Both the position numbers and the translations under genes were made by a program. A DNA stretch of 64,000 nucleotides from the human T2T-CHM13v2.0 reference genome, Homo sapiens. The notes under the pieces were generated by a model. It had not been told where the DNA came from and did not search any database. It was given only the letters and a program-made list of their open reading frames with translations. The stretch lies in NCBI RefSeq assembly GCF_009914755.1, contig NC_060928.1; one strand, 5' to 3'. Numbering within the stretch: position 1 is the first letter of the stretch; each line of letters begins with the position of its first letter. Shown here piece after piece: positions 46,990 to 60,280 of this stretch.

Positions 46990-48227
46990 GTAAATGCAGC
47001 CCTTTGCTTTCATGTATTCCCTGTTAGTGATTTTAAGGAGAATGATTGGAGCATTATTTTTCCATATAAACAAAGGGTATGATTCCCCTTCTCTTTCTTT
47101 TGAGTAATCGTTTTGGCTTCATTTAAGAAGGAGCTTTTATTTATATACCTAGATATTTTTCATTATCAAATAAAAATTACCTTCCCTATTTAGTAGACTT
47201 AATCATTTAGTACCTGCTCAGTTGTCCAGAGACACTCTGTGTGTGGTAGCTGACTGGGAACATATGTTGTGAACATATTTCCAAGTAGATTCCAGTTCTG
47301 AAATAGCAAGGCAAAGAAGAGGATTTTCTTTTAAAAGTTGGCCTAAAACAGATTAAAACCAAGGCAATTAACATAGTAGCTAATTAGTACCAAGGTTCAG
47401 TGTTTAGATTGTTCAGGGAATTCTATATAAATACAGTTTTTGTTTCAAGCCAGACTCCTTTTCTGGCGAAAAGTTAATTTAAAACAGCAGGTTGCAGTGT
47501 ATGGTATTACCCTGCCACCTTCTGGCCAGGTTAACAGTTGCAGCCCCGGGAAGGGATTACTAGAGATTGTAGTTCTTAGGCCTGCATTTGTATTCAAAAA
47601 GACAGAAACAGGAAAAATATCATTTTTTTGTTTGTTTGTTTGTTTTCCTTTGCAAAGCAGGAACTTTGAATATGTTAGATATGATTGTAAAGAGCACAAG
47701 ATGTTTCCCTTGTTGGCAGATGATCACTGTTGGTCTGAGGAGGATGATCTGTTCCAGAGCTAGCTTGAGACAAAATGTGAAATAAAAGCCCCAGTGCTCA
47801 TCTACAGCTGTCCTGTTCACAGCTACATGTTTTACTGACCACACAAAACAGGGCAGGGCTCTTTAGAAGTGCTCTCTTCCTGTTCCCAGAAGCATTTTTA
47901 TTTGTATGTATGGTCCTAAGAATTCTGAGTAATTGATTGGCCAATTCAGATATGTAAAGACATTGACAAATCCACCTTGTTTCTACGGTTTCAAATACTG
48001 AAGAGCCAAGTGCTGTGCCCTGTCAGTGGCCTGGGCCTGTGGGAGGGCCCATGAGACATTTGTGTGGTTTGTGCGCCCTCTCCTGGGGAGATGTCAAAGC
48101 TACAAGTAGCAGGTTATGGAAATAACCACAAAGAAAATAACCAGGGGAATGGTGTGTGTACATAATGGCCCCAACAAAACAGAAAGCCGCGTGGGGCCTT
48201 CACCACTGCTTCTGGGAAGGAGTACGG

Positions 48228-48263
48228 TGTGTGTGCGTGCGTGCGTGCGTGTGTGTGTGTGTG
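48228..48263 (+). repeat. (GT)n(GCGT)n(GT)n alternating purine-pyrimidine repeat
   Basis: gtgtgtgtgcgtgcgtgcgtgcgtgtgtgtgtgtgt. Confidence 0.9.
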
Positions 48264-48334
48264 TTAGGGGGTGCATACCACTCCTGGAACCAGCCAAGCC
48301 TCCACTCACATTTTAGTCACCAACGTGTTTGGGT

Positions 48335-48500
48335 AAGCACACTACCCAATCTCTCAGGATTATGATTCCTTATCTGCAAAATGGGGTTGCTACAGTAATC
48401 CTTGTGTCAGGCTGAAGGATTTAATGCAGTGATAACATGTGAAGCACTTAACCGTGTCTGGCACTCAGCACACAGTTCATGGTAATTATTAGTACTCTGT
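48335..48500 (+). mobile_element. MIR
   Basis: ttccttatctgcaaaatgggg..gaaggatttaatg..aagcacttaaccgtgtctggcac. Confidence 0.7.
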
Positions 48501-49086
48501 GACAGTGATGATGATAAGTAATAAACTCTGGCTAAACACAGTTCTTACTGTAAACCATGGAAAGCTATGAGAAGAAGAAAGAGAAGAAAATGGAATGTTC
48601 TGTGCCAGCGTTCCTTCCTGTGCTTTGAACTTACATCTTTTGACCTTTCAAGGTAGTTTTGCTCTTCCTGTATTTGGAGTGGTATCTAGTGACCACTTCT
48701 AACATTCAGCCAATTTGGAGGGGCAGTAAGTGAGGCTGGATGCTGGAGAAGAGGGGAGAGAGTGATGAGGGAAAAAGTTGCCTAAAGTCTGTCACCCACC
48801 CAGTAACCCTGAGGTCTGGGAGTCCTGTCTTGCAAGTGTGTCTGGTTGGCCCATGCCTTGCTCCTGACACTTGGGTCTTGCTGTGTCTGAAAAGTTTGTG
48901 GATGGAGACAGTATCTCTGAACCTTTGTGAAACAGTTTTTAACTTTTTAAATGCATATATTAGAAAACTGCTGTTAAAAAGTTACCCTAAGAGAAAATAC
49001 ATCCAAGAGCTTTGATTGCAGATAATATTCAGTTGCATGTCTGAAAACAAGTGAAAGCGTATATTTAACCATAAAGGCTAATTCTC

Positions 49087-49224
49087 ACAAATTAGCTGGG
49101 CATGGTGGTAGACATCTGTAGTCCCAGGAGGCTGAGGCAGGAGGATGTCAAGGCTGCGACGAGCTGAGATTGCACCACTGCACTCCAGCCTAGGTGACAG
49201 GAGTGAGACCTTGTCTCAAAAAAA
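49087..49224 (+). mobile_element. Alu right-arm fragment
   Basis: aaattagctgggcatggtgg..ccactgcactccagcct..tctcaaaaaaa with internal deletions. Confidence 0.8.
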
Positions 49225-50434
49225 GGAAAGATGAATTATCTTCAAGTCACCAGCACTTTTTTTCAGGGGACGTCTGCCCTGCATGTGGGGTGGTGGCTCC
49301 CTATCAGGGACGTTTGTCATCTCCCTCAGTGCTCTAGAGGCTTAGGCAGGTAAAGTCAAGTCCCTTTTACGTAAACTTTGCTGTCCAGTGCCAGTCCCTG
49401 CTGGATGACACCAACCACGTTGGAATAACTGCAAAGGCCTTCCGCAGTCAGTCACTGTCATTGTCAAAGTCAATTTCAGGCTGCTGTGGTTATTCCTGGG
49501 GGTAATCAATAAATCATGTCATCACCTTCACCCTTCACAAAGGGGGGTGGGCGGAGAGAAGGCACTTCATCATCAAGGAAAAAGCATTCCCACTGCCAGA
49601 AATAAAGTGGAAAATGCAGCAATCAATCCTGTAATCTGAAGCCTTAAAACTTAAACATCTTCACAAGATGTAAAGTCACGGCTCAGAAGGGGGCCAAAAT
49701 GCATACCAATACAGATCCCTGCGCTCACTCTCACTCACTGGAGGATGAAAGAGCACCACAGGCTTGCAGCTCATTACAGTACAGAGCACAGCCTTAAATG
49801 AATGTTCCTTGCTCACTGCAGGATGCTGGTGTATGAATATGAGTTCGAGATAAAAGTTAAGTGGTCATTGGTACTAAAGATTCAGTAGCACAAAAAGTTT
49901 TTTAATGGTATTGGCTGGTGAGGAGTTCCTGTGAGTCAAAGACATTTTTTCTTTATTTCTGTTAGAATAGTAGCACAGGAGATGTAGGATATGGCATGTG
50001 GAGAGAAGGGGAGACCAAAAGAGGTGGAAACTTATCCATTGAGTAGCTAGAAGCTCTCTCTGTGATAGAAATGTCACTTGAGGGAGATAGATCATTTCCT
50101 ATTCCTGAATATATGAACACTGCAGTGAATGCTTGAAAGAAAGAGACTAAGGACCAATGAGAATTTGTGTAATTCATCCCTTCCCTTAAAATATTTCAGG
50201 ACAAAGAAAAACCATATTCTCTTCCAAATAATGACTGAAAAAACTGGCGTCCCAGGAATCTTATAAGTCATAGTGCCTTGAGTTGTTTACAGCTGTAGAT
50301 TTGAATATTAACATCCTTGACTCCCAGAAGGAAATCTTATTTTGGATTGCTCATGACCAAACTATGTATGTATTTAATACTTAACTTTTCCAAATAAGAC
50401 ATTCTGATTAGTGCTCTCACCCTCCCCTCCATAG

Positions 50435-50564
50435 ATGTGGAAAAATCATTACCAAAAAGAAGAGTGATCCACTTGCTTGGGGAGAAAACCACTTGTGTGT
50501 CGGCTGCTGTGTCTGATGAGTCTGTGGCTGGAGACAGTGGGGTCTATGAAGCTTTCGTGAAACA
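50435..50564 (+). CDS. WWC2: WWC2 coding exon (exon 12, 130 nt): (D)VEKSLPKRRVIHLLGEKTTCVSAAVSDESVAGDSGVYEAFVK(Q)
   Basis: Acceptor cccctccatag|, donor ACA|gtaagg; conserved VSAAVSDESVAGDSGVYE motif. Confidence 0.97.
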
Positions 50565-51144
50565 GTAAGGATTCAGCAGGGGCGCTTTTAGCTCCAGCGA
50601 ATCTCCATCGCCGTGGATGTGGGTTATATGCTGTAAATGGACTGCTACCATTAGTCCGCTCTTTGGCTTAGTAAGGACTTTAGCCGTTAAAGAAGTGGTG
50701 TGCCTGAAAAGTTCAGTATATCAAAAATGACTTAGCCATGGAAATTATCGATAAACAGATTGGTGTACCCAGAGGCAATTGACCCTCTTTAGAATTTAAA
50801 AACCTTGAATTTAGTGGGAATATTGGAAGAATTCACCAGACCCTGTTTGGCACATGAAGCTTCTCACGTGTATTTCTGAAAATCTGAAATGTCTCAAGGG
50901 TGTGGTATATTTCTAGTAATAAGGAAAGTAGTCATCAGAGAGGCTTTGCCCTAAAGCCCAGAGGCGGGCTCTTCTTGAAAAGAGCCTCTGAAACAGTAAG
51001 CTTTCGCTGGGATCAGTTCCACTGGGAGGGCATAGGAGTGCTGTTAATTTGGATTTTCATTCAGAATCACTAAGTGGCAAACTGTTAACCATAACAATCG
51101 ATAACCCCATTAATTAACTGTTCATCTACTCCCTGTCCATATAG

Positions 51145-51225
51145 ACCTAGTGAAATGGAAGATGTCACATACAGTGAAGAGGATGTAGCCATTGTAGAGA
51201 CCGCCCAGGTTCAGATAGGACTCAG
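51145..51225 (+). CDS. WWC2: WWC2 coding exon (exon 13, 81 nt): PSEMEDVTYSEEDVAIVETAQVQIGL(R), start of C2 domain
   Basis: Acceptor tccatatag|, donor CAG|gtaagg; frame continuous. Confidence 0.95.
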
Positions 51226-51321
51226 GTAAGGAATGTACGTGGGAAAGGAGCAGTTCTGACATCTGTGCAGGGCAAGTGGCCTGTGGTGATTCCTGACTTC
51301 ATTTAGCCTCTCTTTTGACAG

Positions 51322-51408
51322 ATACAATGCAAAAAGTTCAAGTTTCATGGTGATTATAGCACAGCTCCGAAACCTTCATGCCTTCTTGATACCTCATACT
51401 TCAAAAGT
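51322..51408 (+). CDS. WWC2: WWC2 coding exon (exon 14, 87 nt): YNAKSSSFMVIIAQLRNLHAFLIPHTSK(V), C2 domain
   Basis: Acceptor tcttttgacag|, donor AGT|gtaagt; follows a 96-nt intron. Confidence 0.95.
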
Positions 51409-52486
51409 GTAAGTAAAATCAGCGAAGATCAAATTGAGGAACTTAAACATTTCCATGTAAGAGAATTTTACACTGTAATCATACAGTTCATCAAAATGAA
51501 GATACGGAAAAGACATAGCAGGGCTGATCATGTCTAAATGAATGGCAGATAAAGATGAGAAGGGAAATGTGAGGAAGACATATTGAGTTTTAATTCTTAC
51601 TCAACTGATTCTTTTTAAGAGTAGAAGCCAAGACATTTAATCTCTTTTTTGTAACCAGAAGCACTGTTTTATGCTGTGTTGGAATTTGATTGAAATATGG
51701 GTAAAATTTTTGTTTTTGTGTAATTGTTACTACTGTTGTTTAAGGAATTTTCTAATCTTTTACATTAAAATGTAGTGATTAAATTTTATGTATCTGTACA
51801 ACATTGCCAGTCAAACATTTTATCATGCTACATGTAAGAGTATGTTTTTATCATCAAGCATTTACTTCCCTGTGACCAGTGAGTTCTTAAAGTTATTTCA
51901 CTTCATCAAACCAAGAATCCCAACAAAGTGATGACATAATGCTACACAGTCCATTGCTTAGAGACTTTTTGCTTCCTGACAGATAAGCCTAAAGTTCTCA
52001 TGACAAATAAGTCTGGAAGTCTTAGACACCACCATTCACATTTTCTGACATCAGAGTTTCAGTGACTCTGAAGGGCTCATGGCTGGAAAGTACCAGGAAG
52101 AATCCAGACTTCGACTTAGCACTATGACGTAGAATCCGGAATATGCATGTCCACTCTGCATTGAAACTTCCTGTAAGAAGTGGATCTTAATAATATTTTG
52201 AATATGCAGTGCAAGGCTTTGGAAATTTAAAAAGAGCTGTTGAGGGGTGATCCCCAAGACTCTATACCCAGCCAGGTGAATGTTTTCCTTAATGATAGAG
52301 TATATTCCTTAGTGATAAGACTTTTAATAGAATAAATTAAAGAGTTCTGCATGTTTTTCCTACAGAGTTGCTTGTAAGTTCACCTCCTAACATTCCAATA
52401 ATCATCAGAAAGAAGAAACTGGATCTAAGAGAAAAAGAACTAGATAGAAATTATGTAGTTGACAATAGAAGAATAGAGATAGTGGC

Positions 52487-52609
52487 TTTTTTTTTTTTTA
52501 AGAGATGGGGTCTCACTGGGTTGCCCAGGCTGGTCTTGAACTCCCTGGGCTCTCCCACCTTGGTCTCCCAAAGTGCTGGGATTACAGGCGTGAGCCACCG
52601 AGCCCAGCC
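52487..52609 (-). mobile_element. FLAM / Alu left monomer
   Basis: Poly(T), gcccaggctggtcttgaactc..cccaaagtgctgggattacaggcgtgagcc. Confidence 0.85.
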
Positions 52610-54423
52610 AAGATAGTAGATTTTAATGTGTTGACAAGCATCAAAGCTGGAGGTAGGATAGGATTCCAGGAGGAGGGTGAGCTTAGAGAACTTCCTGAAT
52701 CAAGGTGTGGACTGTCCACATCATTAGTGAGACCAGTGAGGAGAGCAGGCATCACATAGAAGTGCCTAGATCAACGCAGAGAGCCTGCTTCCCAAATGCG
52801 AGATGAAAAACACCAGTCAGCGGTGTCCAGGAAGACTGGCTTGATATAAACTGTGACTTCTCCCTACCAGTAGATAAGCTGTGATGTTGGAGCATGCCAT
52901 TGGTGGCCTTTTAGTAAAGCAAATCATGGAGAAGACAAGTCTACCAGAGACTGAAACAATAAACAGTGAGAACTAATGCACAACTTCAGGAGAAAACTAC
53001 AGAACACCCCAAGAACACACACCTTCTTTAAACTCACTGTAAGGGTGCACCTGCAATATGCTCTACTTCAACTAAACCAATCACAGTCATTCTCACTTAC
53101 CTCATAGGATGTCACCAAGTCCCTTCTGGAGGCATGGTGATACCTGCGTAGTGTAGGACCAGTGAAATACTCAGCCCAACCAATGAGCAGACATTTGCTC
53201 TTCGGCTCCCCAGCTAGTGTGCAGGCACTTGTTGAGTTGGTGCGAACCTTCCTGACATATATAGCAATCTTTCCTTAAACCCACATGTAAAAGCCTTGGC
53301 CTAAATAATGACACTGCTAAACATGACAGCTAGTATGAAATATTCTTAAAATTGTTCTTTTTTTTCCCAACCTCAAAAGTTATTTTTTGATTATTAATTG
53401 TGACAAGCAGAAAAGATTTTCTTCTGCTGAATCTTCGGCCTCCCAGGGACAGTGAGCTGTGTCTTAGTAAGGCTCTTTAATCAACAGCAGTGGGCTTCAG
53501 GCCCACTAGGTTTTCATTGCTGAATCTCCATAATTAATATTGATATGAAATACAAAATAATATGACATTCCTCAGTTCTGCATTTGAATTACAGTTTTTC
53601 TAACGGAGAAAGGCATGTTTTAGAATCTAGATTAGACAAGCCTGGAAATGGGGGTGGAGGGGATAGACTTAGCGGTATTCTCTTCCTGGGATTTAAAGGA
53701 AGTTACCTCACGCTGTTTCTAAGAATTGTGGGTCCTCATACAATGTGTGCTCAGAAAAGTCACTTTAAGGTAGTATTAGAAGTTATTGTTTTTCTATAAC
53801 TCTTCCTCTGAATTTTACAAAGCACGGGACTCTTAAAACAGTTTGTCGTATCTCAGAATTTGGAGATGCTAGACAGTGATATTTTTGAACCGTTGTTTCA
53901 TCTGTTTTAAATTTTCTTAACAATATGCTACTGAGCCTTTCTTTTTCTCTAGTAGGATAATGTATTCCATTCCTGGGAGGTGATCATCAGCATCTCTTGT
54001 TTAATACTCAGGATGAGGATTCTGTGAGATAAAGTCACCAGTATCTACTTAGTGTGTTCCCACCTTCCCAGGCTCAGAAATAACTTATTTTGGAATTGGC
54101 TGTCCATGGGGCAGGTGGGACGTTAAATTCGTCTGCCCTACGGATTTTCTTCCTCTTCACTTTCCTATCATGTGCCTTTGCTGCAGTCTCGTGGTGAGTG
54201 GAGGCTGGGCCATTGCATGCTCAGGGGCGTAGTCAGCTCGGGTGGGTTAAGAACAGAGCATCTATGCAGCTGAGCACGGACCCGTGATGGCAGCAACACT
54301 TTAGATTGATCTTGAACTCCACGATCCCTCATTTTCTCTCTTTGCAGATAATTTCAAATGATAGCTGTGAATCTGGTATAATTAAAGTACCTATGAAATC
54401 CATTTTATTCTTGTTCTTTGCAG

Positions 54424-54616
54424 ATATTTTAGGGTTGCCGTTCTTCCTTCCTCAACTGATGTCAGCTGTCTGTTTCGCACAAAAGTTCATCCGCCCACAG
54501 AATCCATTTTATTCAATGATGTGTTCAGAGTCGCCATTTCCCAAACAGCCTTACAACAGAAGACACTGAGGGTAGACCTTTGCTCTGTCAGTAAACACCG
54601 AAGGGAAGAATGCCTG
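54424..54616 (+). CDS. WWC2: WWC2 coding exon (exon 15, 193 nt): YFRVAVLPSSTDVSCLFRTK...QQKTLRVDLCSVSKHRREECL, C2 domain
   Basis: Acceptor gttctttgcag|, donor CTG|gtagga; C2-domain sequence of the WWC family. Confidence 0.96.
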
Positions 54617-54889
54617 GTAGGATTCTTCATAATTCCCATTACCAAATAGCACTTACGATTGGGTGGTCTGAGGATATACTTTGTAGTTGCTATTTTGCCA
54701 GCCCTAGAAATCACTACAGACCTGCCCAACATCTTGGGATACATCTAGTGTTTGTTCATTTTTTTCTGAAGTAGTGGTTTCTGTTTATTCTCTTATTCCA
54801 GACCTTTAAAATCTGCTTATAAATTGTGATTTTCTATAAAAGTTGCTTTCTATTTCTACCTTTTCACCACAGAAGAACTTTACCTTTGT

Positions 54890-55110
54890 GACAGCTATCA
54901 CTCATGGAGTGTGCTTACCACTCCCAGTACCAATGCCAAGCTTTGCGTGACTGCTGTGTATATATTATCTCATTTAATCCTCATGACAACCTGATGAAAG
55001 ATTGGTTATGAAATGGATGATTATCCACTATTTTCAGATAAGGAGCTGCTTAGAGAGGTAATATATTCAACGGTCATACAACTAGTAAGCGATGAAGCCA
55101 GATATCAAAA
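54890..55110 (-). mobile_element. MIR
   Basis: ctcatttaatcctcatgacaacc..ttttcagataagga..ggtcatacaactagtaag. Confidence 0.75.
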
Positions 55111-55935
55111 AGATATCCCCACATAATTACATAATTCACTGTTACAAATTAAAATTAAGCAAGACCACTGAGTACTACATAGTACCCTTATTCACCTCAT
55201 TCTCCTCCACCACAGTATTGGAGCTTTCGGGAAGATGTGATGTTACTGTTTAAAGCAATATGACATTTAAATGCTACAGCAGAAGACTTCACAGTTAACT
55301 AATTGTGAGTTTAATACACTGTTGTGCGTAATAACCAGAAAACCATTATGTCCCAGTAAAGTTACATAAGTATTCAAATGCAGGCATCTAGAGATGTGCC
55401 ATGTGTTCAGAAAACAATGTGAGTCTCCAATTGAGCTTTTCTCTGCAGTCCAGTGGGAAGCACAGAAACACATGTTTCATGATGAACAAAGTTTAAGAGG
55501 GGTAGGTTTCTTCTTAATTTTTCTTCTTGTTTTCTTTACTTGAAAAAAATATCTGATGATATTGTCTGACAATAAAGTTAGAAAGAAGCAGAGCTAACAG
55601 ACTCGTTAGGCTATCAGAAAGGCTTTAGTATCATAGATGTCATATTTAGTATAATAGATGTCAGAGGCTCCCACAAAGTTCATAAATATTATATTGATAG
55701 CCTTAAAGAAGAGTGTAATTGAATTTAGATTTTGTCTATGTGTGATTTGGTGGAATATGGAAAGCCTTTATCCTTTACTTTTTTTGCCATTCTACTAACT
55801 TATGTATCTAAAGAAAACTGTTGCTTTTTGATGTCTTATTCAAGAACCAAAGTGGAGTTTTTATTTTTTTTTCAGTGGATAATGGGTTGTTTGTGAGTAA
55901 GTCACCTTTACAGCATATTATAAGAAGTACTATGA

Positions 55936-56232
55936 GGCCGGGTGTGGTGGGTCATGCCTGTAATCCTAGCACTTTGGGAGGCCGAGGCAGGCAGATCACC
56001 TGAGGTCAGGAGTTCGAGACCAGCCTGGCCAACATGGTGAAACCCTGTCTCTACTAAAAATACAAAAATTAGCTGGGTGTTGTGGTGCGCACCTGTAATC
56101 CCAGCTATCAGGAGGCTGAGGTAGGAGAATCGCTTGAACCCAGGAGGTGGAGGTTTCAGTGAGCTGAGATCACACCACTGCACTTCAGCCTGGGAGTCAG
56201 AGCAAGACTCCATCTCAAAAATAATAACAATA
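55936..56232 (+). mobile_element. AluSx-type
   Basis: Full Alu ~300 nt upstream of exon 16. Confidence 0.92.
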
Positions 56233-56532
56233 ATTTCACATTTACATAAAAGGCATGCTTAGTCATTAGGTCTTCGCAAAATGGTATCTCACAAACTAAT
56301 CCCAGGATTAGCTTTTAGGTTGGGGGTTATTTCTTATTTAGTCACAGCTGAAAATATAACATATCCCCATGTTTTAAAAAATCCAGCAATGCTTTATGTC
56401 AGGAGAATTGTGTTTTTTTTACCCTAAAACAAGCTCATTCAATAATCTTTATTATATCAGAACAAATACTAATTTAAACATTTTATTTTCTCTTCCTTAT
56501 TTTTTTTTCTTTGTTTTCTTTCACTTACATAG

Positions 56533-56694
56533 GCTGGAACTCAGATCAGCCTGGCAGATTTACCATTTTCCAGTGAGGTTTTCACTCTATGGTATAACTT
56601 GCTTCCTTCCAAGCAAATGCCTTGCAAAAAGAATGAAGAAAATGAGGACTCTGTATTTCAACCAAACCAGCCGTTAGTAGATTCTATAGACTTG
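56533..56694 (+). CDS. WWC2: WWC2 coding exon (exon 16, 162 nt): AGTQISLADLPFSSEVFTLWYNLLPSKQMPCKKNEENEDSVFQPNQPLVDSIDL
   Basis: Very long pyrimidine tract, acatag|, donor TTG|gtgagt; QISLA...WYNLL closes the C2 domain. Confidence 0.96.
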
Positions 56695-56712
56695 GTGAGT
56701 CAAAATTAGAGT

Positions 56713-56775
56713 ATAATATGAAAGTAATGTGAAATACATATATGAAATACATATATGAAAGTAATATGAAATATG
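56713..56775 (+). repeat. Short AT-rich tandem repeat (tgaaatacatata / tgaaagtaat units)
   Basis: Repeated 10-13-nt units starting ~20 nt after the exon 16 donor. Confidence 0.7.
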
Positions 56776-57137
56776 GAATGCTACGAGACCAACATGCTTT
56801 TATCACTTTCACTGTCCTTCCTTTTCTCCTTTCACAACTTTGATTTTCCCAGCTTCCTAAAAAAAAAGAAAGTTAATTTCCAGCTTTGTTTCAAATATGG
56901 TTTATAAAAGGAGCACTCTTTTCTGCTCACACTTCCTTGTAAAAATAAACTGACATAGGGGCTTCACTGGTTTTAAGTGATCATGGAAAAAACCTTTTAA
57001 TTTAAATATATACTTTTCATGTATTGTGTTCACATTGTTTGATTCCACTGTCAGGTTATACATTTGGCACTTTTATATTTTGCAGATTTGAAATTATTAA
57101 GCCAAAACAGTGTGTTAGCTTTTCATTTGTAACATCA

Positions 57138-57509
<372 letters not shown>

Positions 57510-58744
57510 TCAAAAAATTTACAAAGGGGCCTTTTGTGAGGCCGTTCATCATGAATTTGGCATTTGTGGTTATTGTTATTGAGTTCAAGTTTGTTTTAGA
57601 TTATGAGGAAGGCATTTCCTAAGCAGAAGTCAGATAATTAAACAACAGTGTTTTATGGATCATCTACTGTGTGTGAGAAACTATAGTAGACACTGTAGTG
57701 GGTGGTGAAAGGGAAACAAACATAACGGTACATTTTAGATTACATACCCAGGCTTGTGATAGACACTGAACAACACATACAAAATGGCAAAATATGATGT
57801 TTTATCCTTAAGAATGCTTTTACAATGGTCACACTTTATGTAAGTTCTTAAAAATAGCTTTATTACAATATAATTCATACATCATACATTTCACCCATTT
57901 AAAGTGTGACAGTTTATCCATTTGAAGCACCCAACCCAGTGGTTTTTAGGATATTCACAGAGTTGTGTGTGCAACCAACTTTACAGTCTAATATTAGAAC
58001 ATTGTCATCGTCGCCAAAGAAGCCCTGTGTGCACGAGCAGAGACTCCCAGTTCTCCCTAACCTCTTTCCCCAAGGCAACCACTAATCTCTACTACAAGGC
58101 AACCACTCATCCCTGTCTCTAAATTTGCTTCTTCTGGACATTTCATGTAAGTGCAATAATACAATATTTGTTCTTTTGTGGCATCTTTCACTTAGCATAA
58201 TATTTTCAAGGTACCTCCATGGTGTTGCAGTATTAATATTTTATTCCTTTTTATTCACACATAATATTCTATTGTGGATGTACCACATTTTATCTGTCCG
58301 TCAGCTGATGGGCATTTGGGTTGTTTCCACTTTTTGGCTATTATGAAAAATGCAGCTATGAACATTTGTATACAAGTGTTTTTGTGGACATATGTTTTCA
58401 TTTCTCCTGGGTAGGTACCTATGAGTAGAACTGTTAGGTTGTATAGTAACTTTGTGTTTAATATTTTGAGGAACAGCCAAACTGTTCCTAGGTGTTTGCA
58501 CCATTTTGCATTCCCATCAGCAGTGTATGAGGGTTCCAGTTTCTCCCTTGCCATGTGTTATCTGTCTTTCTGATTCTGGCCATTCTTGTGGGTGTGAAGT
58601 GGTGTTTTCACTGTGGCTTTGATTGACATTTCCCTAATGACTAATGATGGTGAGCATCACAGCCTTATTGGCCATTAGTATATCTTTTTTTTTTTGAGAA
58701 ATGTCTTTTCACATTCTTTGTCTATTTTTAAACGATGTTATTTA

Positions 58745-59058
<314 letters not shown>

Positions 59059-59917
59059 TGTTTATTTTTTTATTATTGACTTATAAGAGTTCCTTACCTA
59101 TTCTTGATGCAAACCCCTTATCAGATAAATAATTTGCAGATATTTTCTCTCATTCTGTGGATTGTCTTCTCACTTTCTTGATGGTTTTATTTACAGCACA
59201 AAAGTTTTTAATTTTCCTAAAAGTCCAGTTTATCCATTTTTCAAAAATCCTTGTGCTTTTGGTATCATAGCTAAGACTGCTTTGCCTAAACTAATATCAC
59301 AAATATTTATTCCTGGGTCTTTTTCTAACAGTTTTAAAGTCTTATATTTAGGTCTCTGATTCATTTGAGTTGTTAACGTGGATCCAGTTTCATCTTTTTG
59401 TATGTGGATATGCAGTTGTCCCAGCACCATTTATTGCAAAAACTGTTCTTTCACCTTGAATTATCTTGGCACCCTTGTTGAAAATCAAGTGTGAGGGTTT
59501 ATATTTCTGGACTCTCAATCCTGTTCATTAATCCACATGTCTGTACTTAAGCTAGTACTGCACTGCTTTGATTACTATAGCTTTGTAGTCATTTTGAGAT
59601 CAGGAAGTGTGGTTCTTCCAACTTTGTTTTTCTTTTTAAAGATTATTTTGGCTATTCAGAGTCCCTTGCATTTCCATAAGAGTTTTAGTATCAGTTTACT
59701 AATTTCTGCAAAAAAAGATAGCCAAGATTTTCATGGGGGTAGAATTGGACCTGTAGGTCAGTTTGGAAGATACTGTCATCATAACAGTTCTAAGTCTTCT
59801 GATCCATGAACATAGGACGTATTTCCATTTATTTAGGTCTTTAATTTCTTTCAATAATATTTCATAGTTTTCAGAGTCAAAGTTTGCATTTCTTTCATTT
59901 TTCTTTTTTATTTTTAT

Positions 59918-60020
59918 GTCAGATGGGTAATGTGCTGATGTCCTAATGAGATTTGAAGGAGGCACATGTCACACATGAGCATGAAAACCTAATCATCACA
60001 CTTAGGAACTACAAAAGGAT
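59918..60020 (-). pseudogene. U13 snoRNA (SNORD13) retroposed pseudogene
   Basis: Reverse complement reads ATCCTTTTGTAGTTCCTAAGTGTGATGATTAGG...GCACATTACCCATCTGAC, colinear with U13 (box C GTGATGA, box D CTGA). It is followed by an A-rich tail (T-rich on +, ~59890-59917) and interrupts an L1. Confidence 0.9.
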
Positions 60021-60280
60021 CAGTATGCGACTTCTTTTGTTAAACTTATTTCTAAGTATTTTATTGTTTCTGGTGCTATTGTGAATGGAACTGGGCTTTT
60101 AAAAGTTTTGTTCATCATGGCCCCATACAACAACATGAAAAAGATCTATACTATGACCAAGTGAGATTTATCCTAGGAATGCAAGGTTGGTTTAACACTT
60201 GAAAATCAATAAGTTATATCAGATATTTAATCATTTAAATGTTTTAATCATTTAAAACAAAGTTTGAGGACCCACTGAAA

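Noticed and set aside
46990-47180. Intronic polyadenylation after exon 11 (stop 47027, AATAAA 47169)
   Set aside because: Donor CAG|GTAAAT is reasonably strong and AATAAA is common in this AT-rich context.
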